Source of the DNA: Candidatus Thermosaccharophagus gerlachensis
GTDB lineage: Bacteria > Armatimonadota > Fervidibacteria > Fervidibacterales > Thermosaccharophagaceae
DNA length: 64,000 nucleotides
NCBI GenBank assembly: GCA_041538025.1
Contig: JBGOEV010000007.1
Span: forward strand, 1,891 to 65,890
Reading direction: 5' to 3'
Every line of letters starts with the position of its first letter. The stretch's first letter is position 1. Of this stretch, positions 32,877 through 41,394 are shown piece by piece. Under the pieces are notes generated by a model that worked only from the letters and a program-made list of their open reading frames with translations, was not told the DNA's origin and made no database searches. Position numbers and translations under genes: made by a program.

Positions 32877-34271
32877 CTAATCACCCTCGTTGTGGTGCGA
32901 CTTTAAATCAAACTTGATGAGCATTGAAATAGCATCGGTTACATGCTTCACAGGCACATACTCTATCTCGCCATCAATACGCAAACCTTCCGCGTAAGCT
33001 GGACCAAGGCATTTTTTGAAACCGAGCTTTGAGAGCTCTTTTAGCCTTCGCTCCGGCAACGGCACTGGACGGACTTCACCACCTAAGCCAACTTCACCGA
33101 AAGCAGCCATATCCTTTGGTATGATTGCGTCATACCTGCTTGATGCGATGGCAATCGCCGCAGGCAGATCAATCGCTGGTTCGCTAACCCTTATACCGCC
33201 AGCAACGTTAACATAGACATCTTGATCGCTGAGACGGATGCGTGTCCTTCTTTCAAGGACAGCTATGAGCATGCATGCCCTGTTGTAATCCATACCAGTC
33301 ACAAGACGCCTTGGAGCACCGAAATATGTAGGAGCCACAAGCGCTTGAATTTCAAGGAGCAATGGACGCCTCCCTTCAATAACAGCGCCAACAACGCTCC
33401 CAGAAACATTAACTGATGAATGTGAGAGCAAATGTTCCGATGGGTTTGGGATTGGTTCTAAACCACCTTCGGACATCTTAAAGACACCGATCTCACCAAC
33501 GGGTCCGAATCTGTTCTTCACAGCCCTCAAGATTCTCAAAGCATAGTTCTGGTCACCCTCAAGATAAAGGACAGCATCAACAATGTGCTCAAGGACTTTT
33601 GGACCTGCAATGAGCCCTTCCTTCGTGACATGCCCAACAAGGAAGATAGAGGTTCCAATCCCCTTTGCTGTGCGCACAAGCAAAGAAGCACATTCCCTCA
33701 CTTGGCTTACGCTACCAGGTGCTGAAGCTAAATCTGGATGAAGCATAGCCTGTATTGAATCAACAGCAACTACCAACGGTTTTAAACGCTCAATCTCTTC
33801 GCATACGAGTGTGACATCCACATCAGAAAGCACAAAGATGTTTGAAGAGGATATCCCCAACCTCTCTGCTCGCAACGCTATTTGCTCCATTGATTCTTCA
33901 GCAGCTACATAAACAGCTCTATGCTTACCATCGCTTGTAGCTGAATTAAGCACCTGCAACATCAGTGTTGATTTCCCAATACCGGGTTCGCCACCAACCA
34001 AGATAGCGCTCCCTCGAACAACACCCCCGCCAAGGACTCTGTCCACTTCATCAATACCGATCAGGATGCGGTTCAACTTCTTCAAAGCAATTTCTCCTAA
34101 CGGTTCTGCAACGCATACAGCTTCTCTTTCTCTTCTCTTTTCTGCCTTCGCCTCACCTACGATCTCTTCAACGAAAGAATTGAACGCTGAGCATTCGGGG
34201 CATTTACCAAGCCATTGCTCACTTTGGAAACCACATAGCTGGCAAACAAACTTTGAGCGTCCTTTTGGCAT
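32877..34271 (-). CDS. radA: DNA repair protein RadA/Sms
   Basis: Start reset to ATG 34271 (MPKGRSKFVCQLCGFQSEQWLGKCPECSAFNSF zinc ribbon). Walker A GEPGIGKST, the KNRFG motif, and a Lon-like C-terminus. The 541-aa track ORF runs upstream into the SRP RNA region. Confidence 0.9.
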   Translation of the reverse strand: MPKGRSKFVCQLCGFQSEQWLGKCPECSAFNSFVEEIVGEAKAEKRREREAVCVAEPLGEIALKKLNRILIGIDEVDRVLGGGVVRGSAILVGGEPGIGKSTLMLQVLNSATSDGKHRAVYVAAEESMEQIALRAERLGISSSNIFVLSDVDVTLVCEEIERLKPLVVAVDSIQAMLHPDLASAPGSVSQVRECASLLVRTAKGIGTSIFLVGHVTKEGLIAGPKVLEHIVDAVLYLEGDQNYALRILRAVKNRFGPVGEIGVFKMSEGGLEPIPNPSEHLLSHSSVNVSGSVVGAVIEGRRPLLLEIQALVAPTYFGAPRRLVTGMDYNRACMLIAVLERRTRIRLSDQDVYVNVAGGIRVSEPAIDLPAAIAIASSRYDAIIPKDMAAFGEVGLGGEVRPVPLPERRLKELSKLGFKKCLGPAYAEGLRIDGEIEYVPVKHVTDAISMLIKFDLKSHHNEGD

Positions 34272-34357
34272 GTCAATTTCACCGTTTAGTCTGTGTGGAA
34301 TTACTTCCACATGCAAATTCTGACACATGTTCAAAAGCGAGGACTGCAAAGAGCAGT

Positions 34358-34387
34358 TTGACAACTTATGGCAAGCGCAGATAAAAT
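34358..34387 (+). promoter_or_regulatory. candidate promoter of the SRP RNA gene
   Basis: TTGACA (34358-34363)-N18-TAAAAT (34382-34387), about 40 nt upstream of the SRP RNA terminal helix. Confidence 0.5.
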
Positions 34388-34428
34388 AAAGAATGCAGAT
34401 GGTTGAAGTTTTGCAACCAGATAGCGAG

Positions 34429-34707
34429 AGCCCAGCCACGCTAGGCGGGGAGCTAGCCGTGCCCTGAACCCGCAACCGGCTATAGCGGGGCTTAATTCCC
34501 AACCCGAGGCTGTTGCCTGTGGAAACGGGCTACATGGCGTTAGCATTGAAGGCTGGGTCCTGCGCGGCGGTAAGGTGTGAATCCCCCAGGTCCGAAAGGA
34601 AGCAAGGGTAAGCACCCAATGCCGAGCGCCGCAGGGTAGCCTGGCTGGAGCTAACACATGTAGCTACGCTCGTAGGCAACTGTCGACGGTGGGTGCGTGG
34701 CTGGGCT
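34429..34707 (+). ncRNA. ffs: signal recognition particle RNA, large (Bacillus-type, Alu-domain-containing) form, ~279 nt
   Basis: Domain IV core CAGGTCCGAAAGGAAGCAAGGGTAAG...GCCGCAGGGTAGCCTGGCTGGAGCTAAC. The 5' Alu-domain block GCTAGGCGGGGAGCTAGCCGTGCCCTGAACCCGCAACCGGCTATAGCGGGGC closely parallels B. subtilis scRNA. Terminal helix AGCCCAGCCACGC / GCGTGGCTGGGCT. Confidence 0.9.
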
Positions 34708-34741
34708 TATTCGTGCGCCATGAACACGGGGGTGATTTTAA

Positions 34742-34966
34742 ATGCCCTCTTTGCCCGACGAGGAAATAATGAAACTGCGCCCAATGTGCAACTGTTGTAA
34801 GAAAAGGCTGACAAGAATAATACTGCCACACACCCCTTGGAACGAGTCTGGTCAATACCTTTTCCACTGCCTCATCTCTGGTAGAGTCACACCCATACGA
34901 GATATTGAGTATGTGATACGCACAGGGAAACAAGAACCAGAAGTTGAAGAAGCAGTTGAAACGTAG
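34742..34966 (+). CDS. hypothetical small Cys-containing protein (74 aa)
   Basis: ATG preceded by GGGGGTGA-N6. Sequence contains CNCC...HC. No homology recognised. Confidence 0.3.
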   Translation: MPSLPDEEIMKLRPMCNCCKKRLTRIILPHTPWNESGQYLFHCLISGRVTPIRDIEYVIRTGKQEPEVEEAVET

Positions 34967-35193
34967 GGCGAATCCAAGTAGTGCTAAATTGAAGACAACA
35001 CGCAAATGTTTTTTCAAAAGCCCGCAAGCCAGTAAGCGCGTTAGACTAATGCGTTGAAAGATTACCATGCGATAGAAGCAGCACGCAAAAGTAGCTGTGT
35101 GTAAGAAGGTATGGATAGTTTTTAAATCGTCTCAAGGGGTGATGAGCATGAACAGTGATCAACGATCAACAAAAAGAAAGGGAGGGTTTAAAG

Positions 35194-36069
35194 GTGGCTA
35201 TAGTGACGATGCGTGAATTGCTTGAAGCTGGTGTTCACTTTGGTCATTTGACGAGGCGATGGAATCCAAAGATGCGCCAATACATCTTTGAGGAGAGGAA
35301 CGGCATACACATTGTTGACTTGAGGAAAACACTCCAATGCTTAGAGGCAGCTTATAACTTTGTGAAGGAGAGGGTAGCTGAAGGTGCTATTGTGCTTTTT
35401 GTTGGGACGAAGAGGCAAGCGCAAGAGATAATTGAAGAAGCTGCAAAGAGCTGTGGCATGTTCTATGTCAACCAAAAGTGGCTTGGTGGCATGTTAACGA
35501 ACTTCAAGACGATAAGGCAAAGGGTTGAACACATGAAACAGTTGCGCAAGATGGAGGAGGATGGCATACTTGACCTCTTACCGAAGAAGGAGAGCACTCA
35601 AATGCGTGAAGAGAGAGCAAAGCTTGAGAAGCTGTTGGGCGGAATAGAAGACATGGAGCGCCTTCCAGATCTGCTTTACATCGTGGATATAAGACACGAA
35701 AACATAGCTGTAAGAGAAGCGAATAAGCTCGGCATACCGATAGTTGCGATTGTGGATACAAATTGCGACCCTGAGCTGGTTGCTTATCCAATACCAGGGA
35801 ACGATGACGCTATACGCTCGCTTCGGCTTATCACGATGAAAATAGCTGAAGCTGTTAATGAGGGGAAGAAGTTGAGAGAAGCGATGTTGGCAGAGGCATT
35901 GGGCGTGCAGGTGCCTGAAACTTCTGAAGGTGAGAGCATGCCAACCGTTGAGGTAGCACAAGCTGAGGAACAACCTGCTGAGGAAGTTTCAACTAAAACC
36001 GAAATCACAGTTGAAGACATTGATGTTGAATCACCTCCACAGGAGTTGGAGATGGAAGAGGAAGCATAA
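35194..36069 (+). CDS. rpsB: 30S ribosomal protein S2 with an acidic C-terminal extension
   Basis: GTG 35194 after AAGGGAGGG gives (M)[26 protein letters not shown], the canonical S2 N-terminus. The track ORF starts at 35155. Confidence 0.9.
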   Translation: MAIVTMRELLEAGVHFGHLTRRWNPKMRQYIFEERNGIHIVDLRKTLQCLEAAYNFVKERVAEGAIVLFVGTKRQAQEIIEEAAKSCGMFYVNQKWLGGMLTNFKTIRQRVEHMKQLRKMEEDGILDLLPKKESTQMREERAKLEKLLGGIEDMERLPDLLYIVDIRHENIAVREANKLGIPIVAIVDTNCDPELVAYPIPGNDDAIRSLRLITMKIAEAVNEGKKLREAMLAEALGVQVPETSEGESMPTVEVAQAEEQPAEEVSTKTEITVEDIDVESPPQELEMEEEA

Positions 36070-36123
36070 GTATCACATCACGAAGGGGATAAGAGCAAAC
36101 CAAGCGCGAGGAGGAAGATAGAT

Positions 36124-36717
36124 ATGAAGGTAAGCGTTGAAGAAGTGAAGAGGTTACGCGAAATCACAGGTGCTGGAGTTATGGATTGCAAGCGTGCGCT
36201 TGAGAAGGCAAACGGCGACTTTGAGAAGGCGATAGAGATACTGAGAGTGGAGGGCTTGGCAAAAGCTGAGAGCCGTTCAGGAAGAGCAACAACTGAAGGT
36301 GTCATAGCAAGCTACATACACACGGGTGGTAGGATAGGTGCTATGGTTGAACTGAATTGCGAGTCTGATTTTGTAGCACGCACCGACGAGTTCAAACGCT
36401 TAGCATATGAACTTGCAATGCAAGTTGCAGCTATGGATCCAAAATACATTTCACGCGATGAGATACCGCAAGAGGTCCTTGAGAGCCAAAGGAAAGCCTA
36501 CGAGTTGCATGCTCTTACCAGTGGCATACCACAAGACATGGTTGAAAAAGTTGTGGAAGAGCGTCTTGAGGAGTTCATCCAAGAGGTTTGTCTCCTTGAA
36601 CAGCCATACATAAAGGATGAAACACGCACTGTTGGCGAGTTGATAAAGGAGATGATAGCACGCCTTGGCGAAAACATAACCGTAAGGAGGTTTGCAAGGT
36701 TTGTTGTTGGGCAGTAA
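36124..36717 (+). CDS. tsf: elongation factor Ts (short, 197 aa form)
   Basis: EVKRLREITGAGVMDCKRALEKANGDFEKAIEILR. Follows rpsB. Confidence 0.9.
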   Translation: MKVSVEEVKRLREITGAGVMDCKRALEKANGDFEKAIEILRVEGLAKAESRSGRATTEGVIASYIHTGGRIGAMVELNCESDFVARTDEFKRLAYELAMQVAAMDPKYISRDEIPQEVLESQRKAYELHALTSGIPQDMVEKVVEERLEEFIQEVCLLEQPYIKDETRTVGELIKEMIARLGENITVRRFARFVVGQ

Positions 36718-36740
36718 AGTTAAAAGCAGGTGATCAAAAG

Positions 36741-37472
36741 ATGGGGGAAGAAATAGCGAAGCCAAAATATAGGCGAATCCTACTTAAGCTGAGCGGTGAG
36801 GTGCTCGCCGGTGAAAGAGGCTTTGGCATTGACCCAGACACCCTTAAACGCATCGCGAGCGAAATTATGGAGATACATGAGATGGGTGTTGAGATGGGCA
36901 TCGTTGTTGGTGGCGGAAACATCTTCAGAGGACTAAGGGATGCAGCGCTTTACGCTATCAAGAGGGTGACTGGCGATTACATAGGCATGCTTGCAACTGT
37001 TATAAACGCGTTGGCGCTTCAGGATGCAATTGAAAACCTCGGTGCAGAAACGAGGGTGATGACAGCTATTGAAATGAGAGATGTCGCTGAACCATACATT
37101 CAACGAAGGGCACTGAGACACCTTGAGCAAGGACGAATCATCATATTCGCAGCCGGAACTGGTAACCCATTTTTCACCACCGATACAGCAGCAGCACTGA
37201 GGGCATTGCAGATAGGTGCAGAAGTGGTCTTGAAAGGGACAGATGTTGATGGTGTGTTTGATAAGGATCCACATGAGTATCCAACAGCTGTGAAGTTTGA
37301 TACTATAACGCATATCGATGCACTTAAGCTCGGACTTAAAGTTTTGGATGCAACTGCGATATCGCTTTGCCACGAAAGCAGCATACCGATAGTTGTCTTC
37401 AACATATGCATCCCTGGGAATCTGAAACGAGTTGTGTTAGGTGAACCAATCGGGACACTCGTGCATTCATAA
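36741..37472 (+). CDS. pyrH: UMP kinase
   Basis: YRRILLKLSGEVLAG and GGGNIFRG motifs. Conserved rpsB-tsf-pyrH-frr order. Confidence 0.9.
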   Translation: MGEEIAKPKYRRILLKLSGEVLAGERGFGIDPDTLKRIASEIMEIHEMGVEMGIVVGGGNIFRGLRDAALYAIKRVTGDYIGMLATVINALALQDAIENLGAETRVMTAIEMRDVAEPYIQRRALRHLEQGRIIIFAAGTGNPFFTTDTAAALRALQIGAEVVLKGTDVDGVFDKDPHEYPTAVKFDTITHIDALKLGLKVLDATAISLCHESSIPIVVFNICIPGNLKRVVLGEPIGTLVHS

Positions 37473-37491
37473 CTGCTGTGGGGAGTGATAT

Positions 37492-38061
37492 GTGATGCAC
37501 GAGGAGATAAAACAATTGCTTAATGATGCGGAACACAGGATGAAAAAAGCTGTTGAAGCAACAGCGAATGATCTCTCAATGCTGCGCACTGGCAGGGCTT
37601 CCCCGGCACTGCTCGACCATATCAAAGTTGAATACTACGGCGTTGTATACCCATTGAGACAGCTTGCTTCAATTACGGCGCCTGAACCAAGGTTAATCGT
37701 CGTTGACCCATGGGATAAAAACATCATTGATGCTATACAGAAGGCTATATTGAGCTCGGACTTGGGCTTAACTCCATCTACAGACGGGAATGTGATAAGA
37801 GTTCCGATACCGCCTTTGACTGAGGAGAGAAGACATGAGTTGGTTAAGCTCGCAAGCAAAAGGGCTGAAGAAGGGAAGGTAGCCGTCAGGAATGTGAGGA
37901 GAGATGCACTTGACGAGCTGAGGAAGCTTGAGAAGGAAAAACACTTCTCCGAAGATGACGTTAAAAGGGCAAGAGGAGAGCTTGATAAACTCGCATCAAA
38001 GTATGTTGAGGAAATTGAGATGCTTCGGAAGGCGAAGGAGAAGGAGATATTGGAGGGATAA
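37492..38061 (+). CDS. frr: ribosome recycling factor
   Basis: 189 aa. MKKAVEATANDLSMLRTGRASPALLDHIKVEYYG. The start is GTG 37492 or ATG 37495. Confidence 0.9.
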   Translation: MMHEEIKQLLNDAEHRMKKAVEATANDLSMLRTGRASPALLDHIKVEYYGVVYPLRQLASITAPEPRLIVVDPWDKNIIDAIQKAILSSDLGLTPSTDGNVIRVPIPPLTEERRHELVKLASKRAEEGKVAVRNVRRDALDELRKLEKEKHFSEDDVKRARGELDKLASKYVEEIEMLRKAKEKEILEG

Positions 38062-38327
38062 TGGTGGCTCATGCTAACTGTGAGTGTCAGAAGGATGTCG
38101 GTGAGTTGAACCTTATCGGGCTCACGCTTGAGGAAGCGCTTGATGAGGTAAAGAGGGCATGCGTTAGAGATGTTGAAGTGGTTTGCACAAAACCACCAAA
38201 TAAAACCCCAAAGAGCAGTGTGATGCGAGTTGTGGCTCAAAGAATACGCGATGGGAAGTTAGTGTTGATAACCTCATCGGAGGCTTATGTGCAACCATAT
38301 AGGCGCTTCGGGGGGCATAAACAGTGA
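38061..38327 (+). CDS. hypothetical small protein (88 aa)
   Basis: Start overlaps the frr stop (TAATG) and its stop overlaps the uppS GTG (GTGA). No motif recognised. Confidence 0.35.
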   Translation: MVAHANCECQKDVGELNLIGLTLEEALDEVKRACVRDVEVVCTKPPNKTPKSSVMRVVAQRIRDGKLVLITSSEAYVQPYRRFGGHKQ

Positions 38328-39151
38328 CAGAGCAAAGCAGAAAGCCATTTATGCGCACAGAAGAACTCCTGATGGCATACGAACGCCTATCTGAAGAAGA
38401 GTGCCTAAGGCTGATAGATAGAAACAAACTCCCAAGGCATATAGCGATTGTGATGGATGGCAACAGGCGATGGGCTAAGGAGAAAGGTGTGGCGATATTG
38501 AACGGTCACAGGGCTGGCGCAAGGGCAACAAGGCAAGCTGTTGAAGCATGCGCGGAATTGGGCGTGGAGGTATTAACACTGTATGCGTTCTCAACGGAGA
38601 ACTGGCAACGACCTGCGCCTGAGGTGAAAGGGTTAATGCATCTTATTGAGGTGACACTGCGCAAGGAAAAGATGGAATTACATCGCAACGGGATAAAGAT
38701 ACGCCACATAGGTCTAAGAGAAGGGCTGCCAAAATCACTCCTTGAGGAAATTGATGAGGCTGTCAAGCTTACACAGCAGAACAGCCGAATGATTTTAAAC
38801 CTCGCCATAAACTACGGTGGCAGGCAAGAGATACTAAATGCGGTAAACCGTTTGGTAAGCGACATACGCAAAGGGAGCGTTGAATTGGAAACGATTGATG
38901 AGGAAACATTCAAGAGTTATCTTTTCACCGATGGTCTCCCAGACCCAGACTTACTCATTAGGACTGCAGGCGAACAGCGCTTGAGCAACTTCCTCCTATG
39001 GCAACTTGCATATACAGAGATCTTCATCCTTCCGATCTACTGGCCTGACTTCACCAAGAAGCATCTTTACATAGCCATCATTGATTACCAAAGGCGTGAA
39101 AGGCGTTTTGGAGGTGTAGTTCCCGTTGAAACAAGGGGCTCTACTAATTAG
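38324..39151 (+). CDS. uppS: undecaprenyl-diphosphate synthase (isoprenyl transferase)
   Basis: HIAIVMDGNRRWAKEKG and RTAGEQRLSNFLLWQLAYTE motifs. Confidence 0.9.
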   Translation: MTEQSRKPFMRTEELLMAYERLSEEECLRLIDRNKLPRHIAIVMDGNRRWAKEKGVAILNGHRAGARATRQAVEACAELGVEVLTLYAFSTENWQRPAPEVKGLMHLIEVTLRKEKMELHRNGIKIRHIGLREGLPKSLLEEIDEAVKLTQQNSRMILNLAINYGGRQEILNAVNRLVSDIRKGSVELETIDEETFKSYLFTDGLPDPDLLIRTAGEQRLSNFLLWQLAYTEIFILPIYWPDFTKKHLYIAIIDYQRRERRFGGVVPVETRGSTN

Positions 39152-40028
39152 GTTGCTTTTCGTGCTCTCGTTCCTGCTTGTAGCTGCTGATGTTAAGTTT
39201 GCCATGTTCGGCATACCCACTGTAGTAGTGAGTCTGTTTCTGGCATATGTGATCTCTTGGGAAATGGCACACCTGTTTAAAGTGAAGCTGAGAGCGTTCT
39301 CTTCGGAAGCGTTTGCGACAAGTATTTCAACAGCAATTGTGGGTGTTTTCTTTTATCTCGGACGGACTGATAAAGCTGTAGCTGCGCTCATACACACAAA
39401 AGGGCAAAATGCAGCATATCGTTCAACACCTTGGATGTTGAACGACCTCACGCTGATCGCTTTGAGTATCGGCATCATGATGGGCATTCTCGTTATAGCA
39501 GCAACCATTGTCTCATATGCAGCTGATGTATGGCATCATAGGAAGCTACAACCACTGTTGTTTGGAGTAACCTCAAGTGTATTGATCGGCACGCTCATAG
39601 GTGTAGTATTTGGGCTTATGAACTTGCTTGGTGCGCCAGATGGAAAACCTGAATTGCTATTTTCCATCATCATAGGTCTTGGGATAGCGAGCTACAGTTG
39701 TTTGGTGAATGAAACAAGCGAGGAATGTAGGAAGAAAGCTATGGTGCATGCTGTGCAAATGCTGGTTGGTGCTACGCTATCAGCGATTATAGTGTGGGTT
39801 CTATCTGCAAATGTTAGAGGTATGATTGAGGCATTCGTGCTCATCATAATTGGCGCAGTGATGCAGCGATATTTGTCTTTCGCTCTTGCAGGCACATCCG
39901 TTCCGATACCAAAAGAAGCCCCAAAGCTAATGGTTGGTTGGATAGGCTTTTACACAGGTTATTTCCTTCCATTTGGCGTGTGCGTTTTGTTAGCGTCTTT
40001 GATAGAATATGCTATAGCGCTTGGCTGA
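39126..40028 (+). CDS. polytopic membrane protein in the cdsA syntenic slot, lacking the CDP-diglyceride synthetase signature
   Basis: About 8 hydrophobic segments. The N-terminal third is CdsA-like in character (…LAYVISWEMAHLF), but I see no S-x-x-K-R-x4-K-D...H-G-G-x-x-D-R motif anywhere in the ORF. Confidence 0.5.
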   Translation: MKQGALLIRLLFVLSFLLVAADVKFAMFGIPTVVVSLFLAYVISWEMAHLFKVKLRAFSSEAFATSISTAIVGVFFYLGRTDKAVAALIHTKGQNAAYRSTPWMLNDLTLIALSIGIMMGILVIAATIVSYAADVWHHRKLQPLLFGVTSSVLIGTLIGVVFGLMNLLGAPDGKPELLFSIIIGLGIASYSCLVNETSEECRKKAMVHAVQMLVGATLSAIIVWVLSANVRGMIEAFVLIIIGAVMQRYLSFALAGTSVPIPKEAPKLMVGWIGFYTGYFLPFGVCVLLASLIEYAIALG

Positions 40029-40070
40029 GATCCCATCTCCACCGAGGTTGAATTGAGGTGATGCCCCCTG

Positions 40071-41375
40071 TTGGAGACAGTCGTTGGGGTTACTAAATCC
40101 ATTGTAATACCAATTCTTGTCCTTGGTCTTGTAGTGCTCATCCATGAGCTTGCCCACTTCTTGACCGCATTAAGGGTAGGCATGAAGGTCATTGAGTTTT
40201 CGGTCTTCATCGGTCCAGCAATTTGGACAAGGGTTATTGGTGGGATAAAGTATTCGCTCCGTATGATACCGTTTGGTGGGTATGTGCGCATCTATGGGAT
40301 GGAATTTGATGAACCAAGCGAACTTGCATCGCCGGAAGCTTTCCACAACCGCCCACCAATTCACAGGTTCATTGTGCTTGCCTCTGGCTCTGTCGCCAAC
40401 TTGCTCATAGCATTCCTACTGCTGGTCATTTACGGTTGGGCGATAACAAACATGAGAAGCACTAATACAATCGCGAGGGTAGCAATGGGCATGCCAGCCT
40501 CGAAAGCTGGCATTAAGCCGGGCGATGAAATTATTGCCATTGATGGATTGCGGATAAGACTGGATAAGGAATGGCTTGAACAGCTCAGAAGCTCACCGGG
40601 AAAAACTAAGAGAGGGCTAAAGCTCAAAGTGCTCCGAGGCGATAAGGTGATTGAGTGCGGTGTTGACGAAGTCCGCCAAGGTGACTCTCTCATCGGTATT
40701 TCAAACATCGGGAAGTTTGACGCTGATATAATCGTAGCAGCCATATCAAGCAGCCCGAAGAAGACGATCATGGTTAAGGTGAAGCGCAACGGAAGCATTC
40801 TCCCTCTAAAGGTAACACCAATCGCGCAGGAAGGGATTGAGCTAAGAGAGGCGAAAGGAAAAGGATTGAAGAGGATGACCAAAGCAACAGTTGTGAGAAG
40901 GGAGAGAGGAATCATCGGTATTGAACTTGCTCAGGCACCTTCAAAAGAACGAATTGCCTTCCACGAGCGCTTCATTACAGCTGTAAAGATAGCTTTAAGT
41001 GAGTGTGCTCACATCACATATGGCATAGTGATGCTCTTTATGAGACTTACGGAACTGCACGAGGCAGTTGGAGGTCCAATACGCGTCTTCTGGGAGCTAA
41101 AAGAACACGCTTGGTTAAGCCTTGTCTTGCAATTGCGCGTGATGGGCGCACTTAGCTATGTTGTGGGGCTGTTTAACCTTATCCTGCCGATACCACCACT
41201 TGACGGTGGAAGGATAACTGTGCTCATCGTTGAGGCAATACTCAAGCACCGCATAAACCGAAGGTTGGAATTGAAGTTGACGTTGTTTGGGATCATATTG
41301 TTGCTCACATTAGTTGCGCTTATAAGCGCAAGGGACATCGGTTACATACTCAAACGCGCTATAGGCACTTGGTAA
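40071..41375 (+). CDS. rseP: site-2 (M50) zinc metalloprotease RseP with PDZ domains
   Basis: HELAHF (HExxH) in TM1. PDZ-like GIKPGDEIIAIDG. C-terminal NLILPIPPLDGG motif. TTG start 40071 lies after GAGGTGA. Confidence 0.85.
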   Translation: METVVGVTKSIVIPILVLGLVVLIHELAHFLTALRVGMKVIEFSVFIGPAIWTRVIGGIKYSLRMIPFGGYVRIYGMEFDEPSELASPEAFHNRPPIHRFIVLASGSVANLLIAFLLLVIYGWAITNMRSTNTIARVAMGMPASKAGIKPGDEIIAIDGLRIRLDKEWLEQLRSSPGKTKRGLKLKVLRGDKVIECGVDEVRQGDSLIGISNIGKFDADIIVAAISSSPKKTIMVKVKRNGSILPLKVTPIAQEGIELREAKGKGLKRMTKATVVRRERGIIGIELAQAPSKERIAFHERFITAVKIALSECAHITYGIVMLFMRLTELHEAVGGPIRVFWELKEHAWLSLVLQLRVMGALSYVVGLFNLILPIPPLDGGRITVLIVEAILKHRINRRLELKLTLFGIILLLTLVALISARDIGYILKRAIGTW

Positions 41376-41394
41376 AAGCAAGGGGAGGATGCAC

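Noticed and set aside
34331-35068. Minus-strand ORFs 34331..34657 (108 aa) and 34664..35068 (134 aa), and the 541-aa extended form of radA
   Set aside because: They run through the SRP RNA gene or its flanks. radA has a canonical zinc-ribbon N-terminus starting at ATG 34271. The 134-aa ORF is rich in C/W/F/H with no SD.
37635-38240. 201-aa minus-strand ORF antisense to frr. Similar long antisense ORFs also occur at 45199..45723, 23799..24347, 26758..27333, 13995..14555, 47635..48129 and 57554..58054.
   Set aside because: Each is fully embedded antisense to a confidently identified conserved gene. Each has Ser/Leu-rich low-complexity composition and no SD. These are typical shadow ORFs.
39126-40028. 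Calling this ORF cdsA on synteny alone
   Set aside because: The diagnostic C-terminal CTP-transferase signature is not present in the translation. It is kept as an uncharacterised membrane protein.
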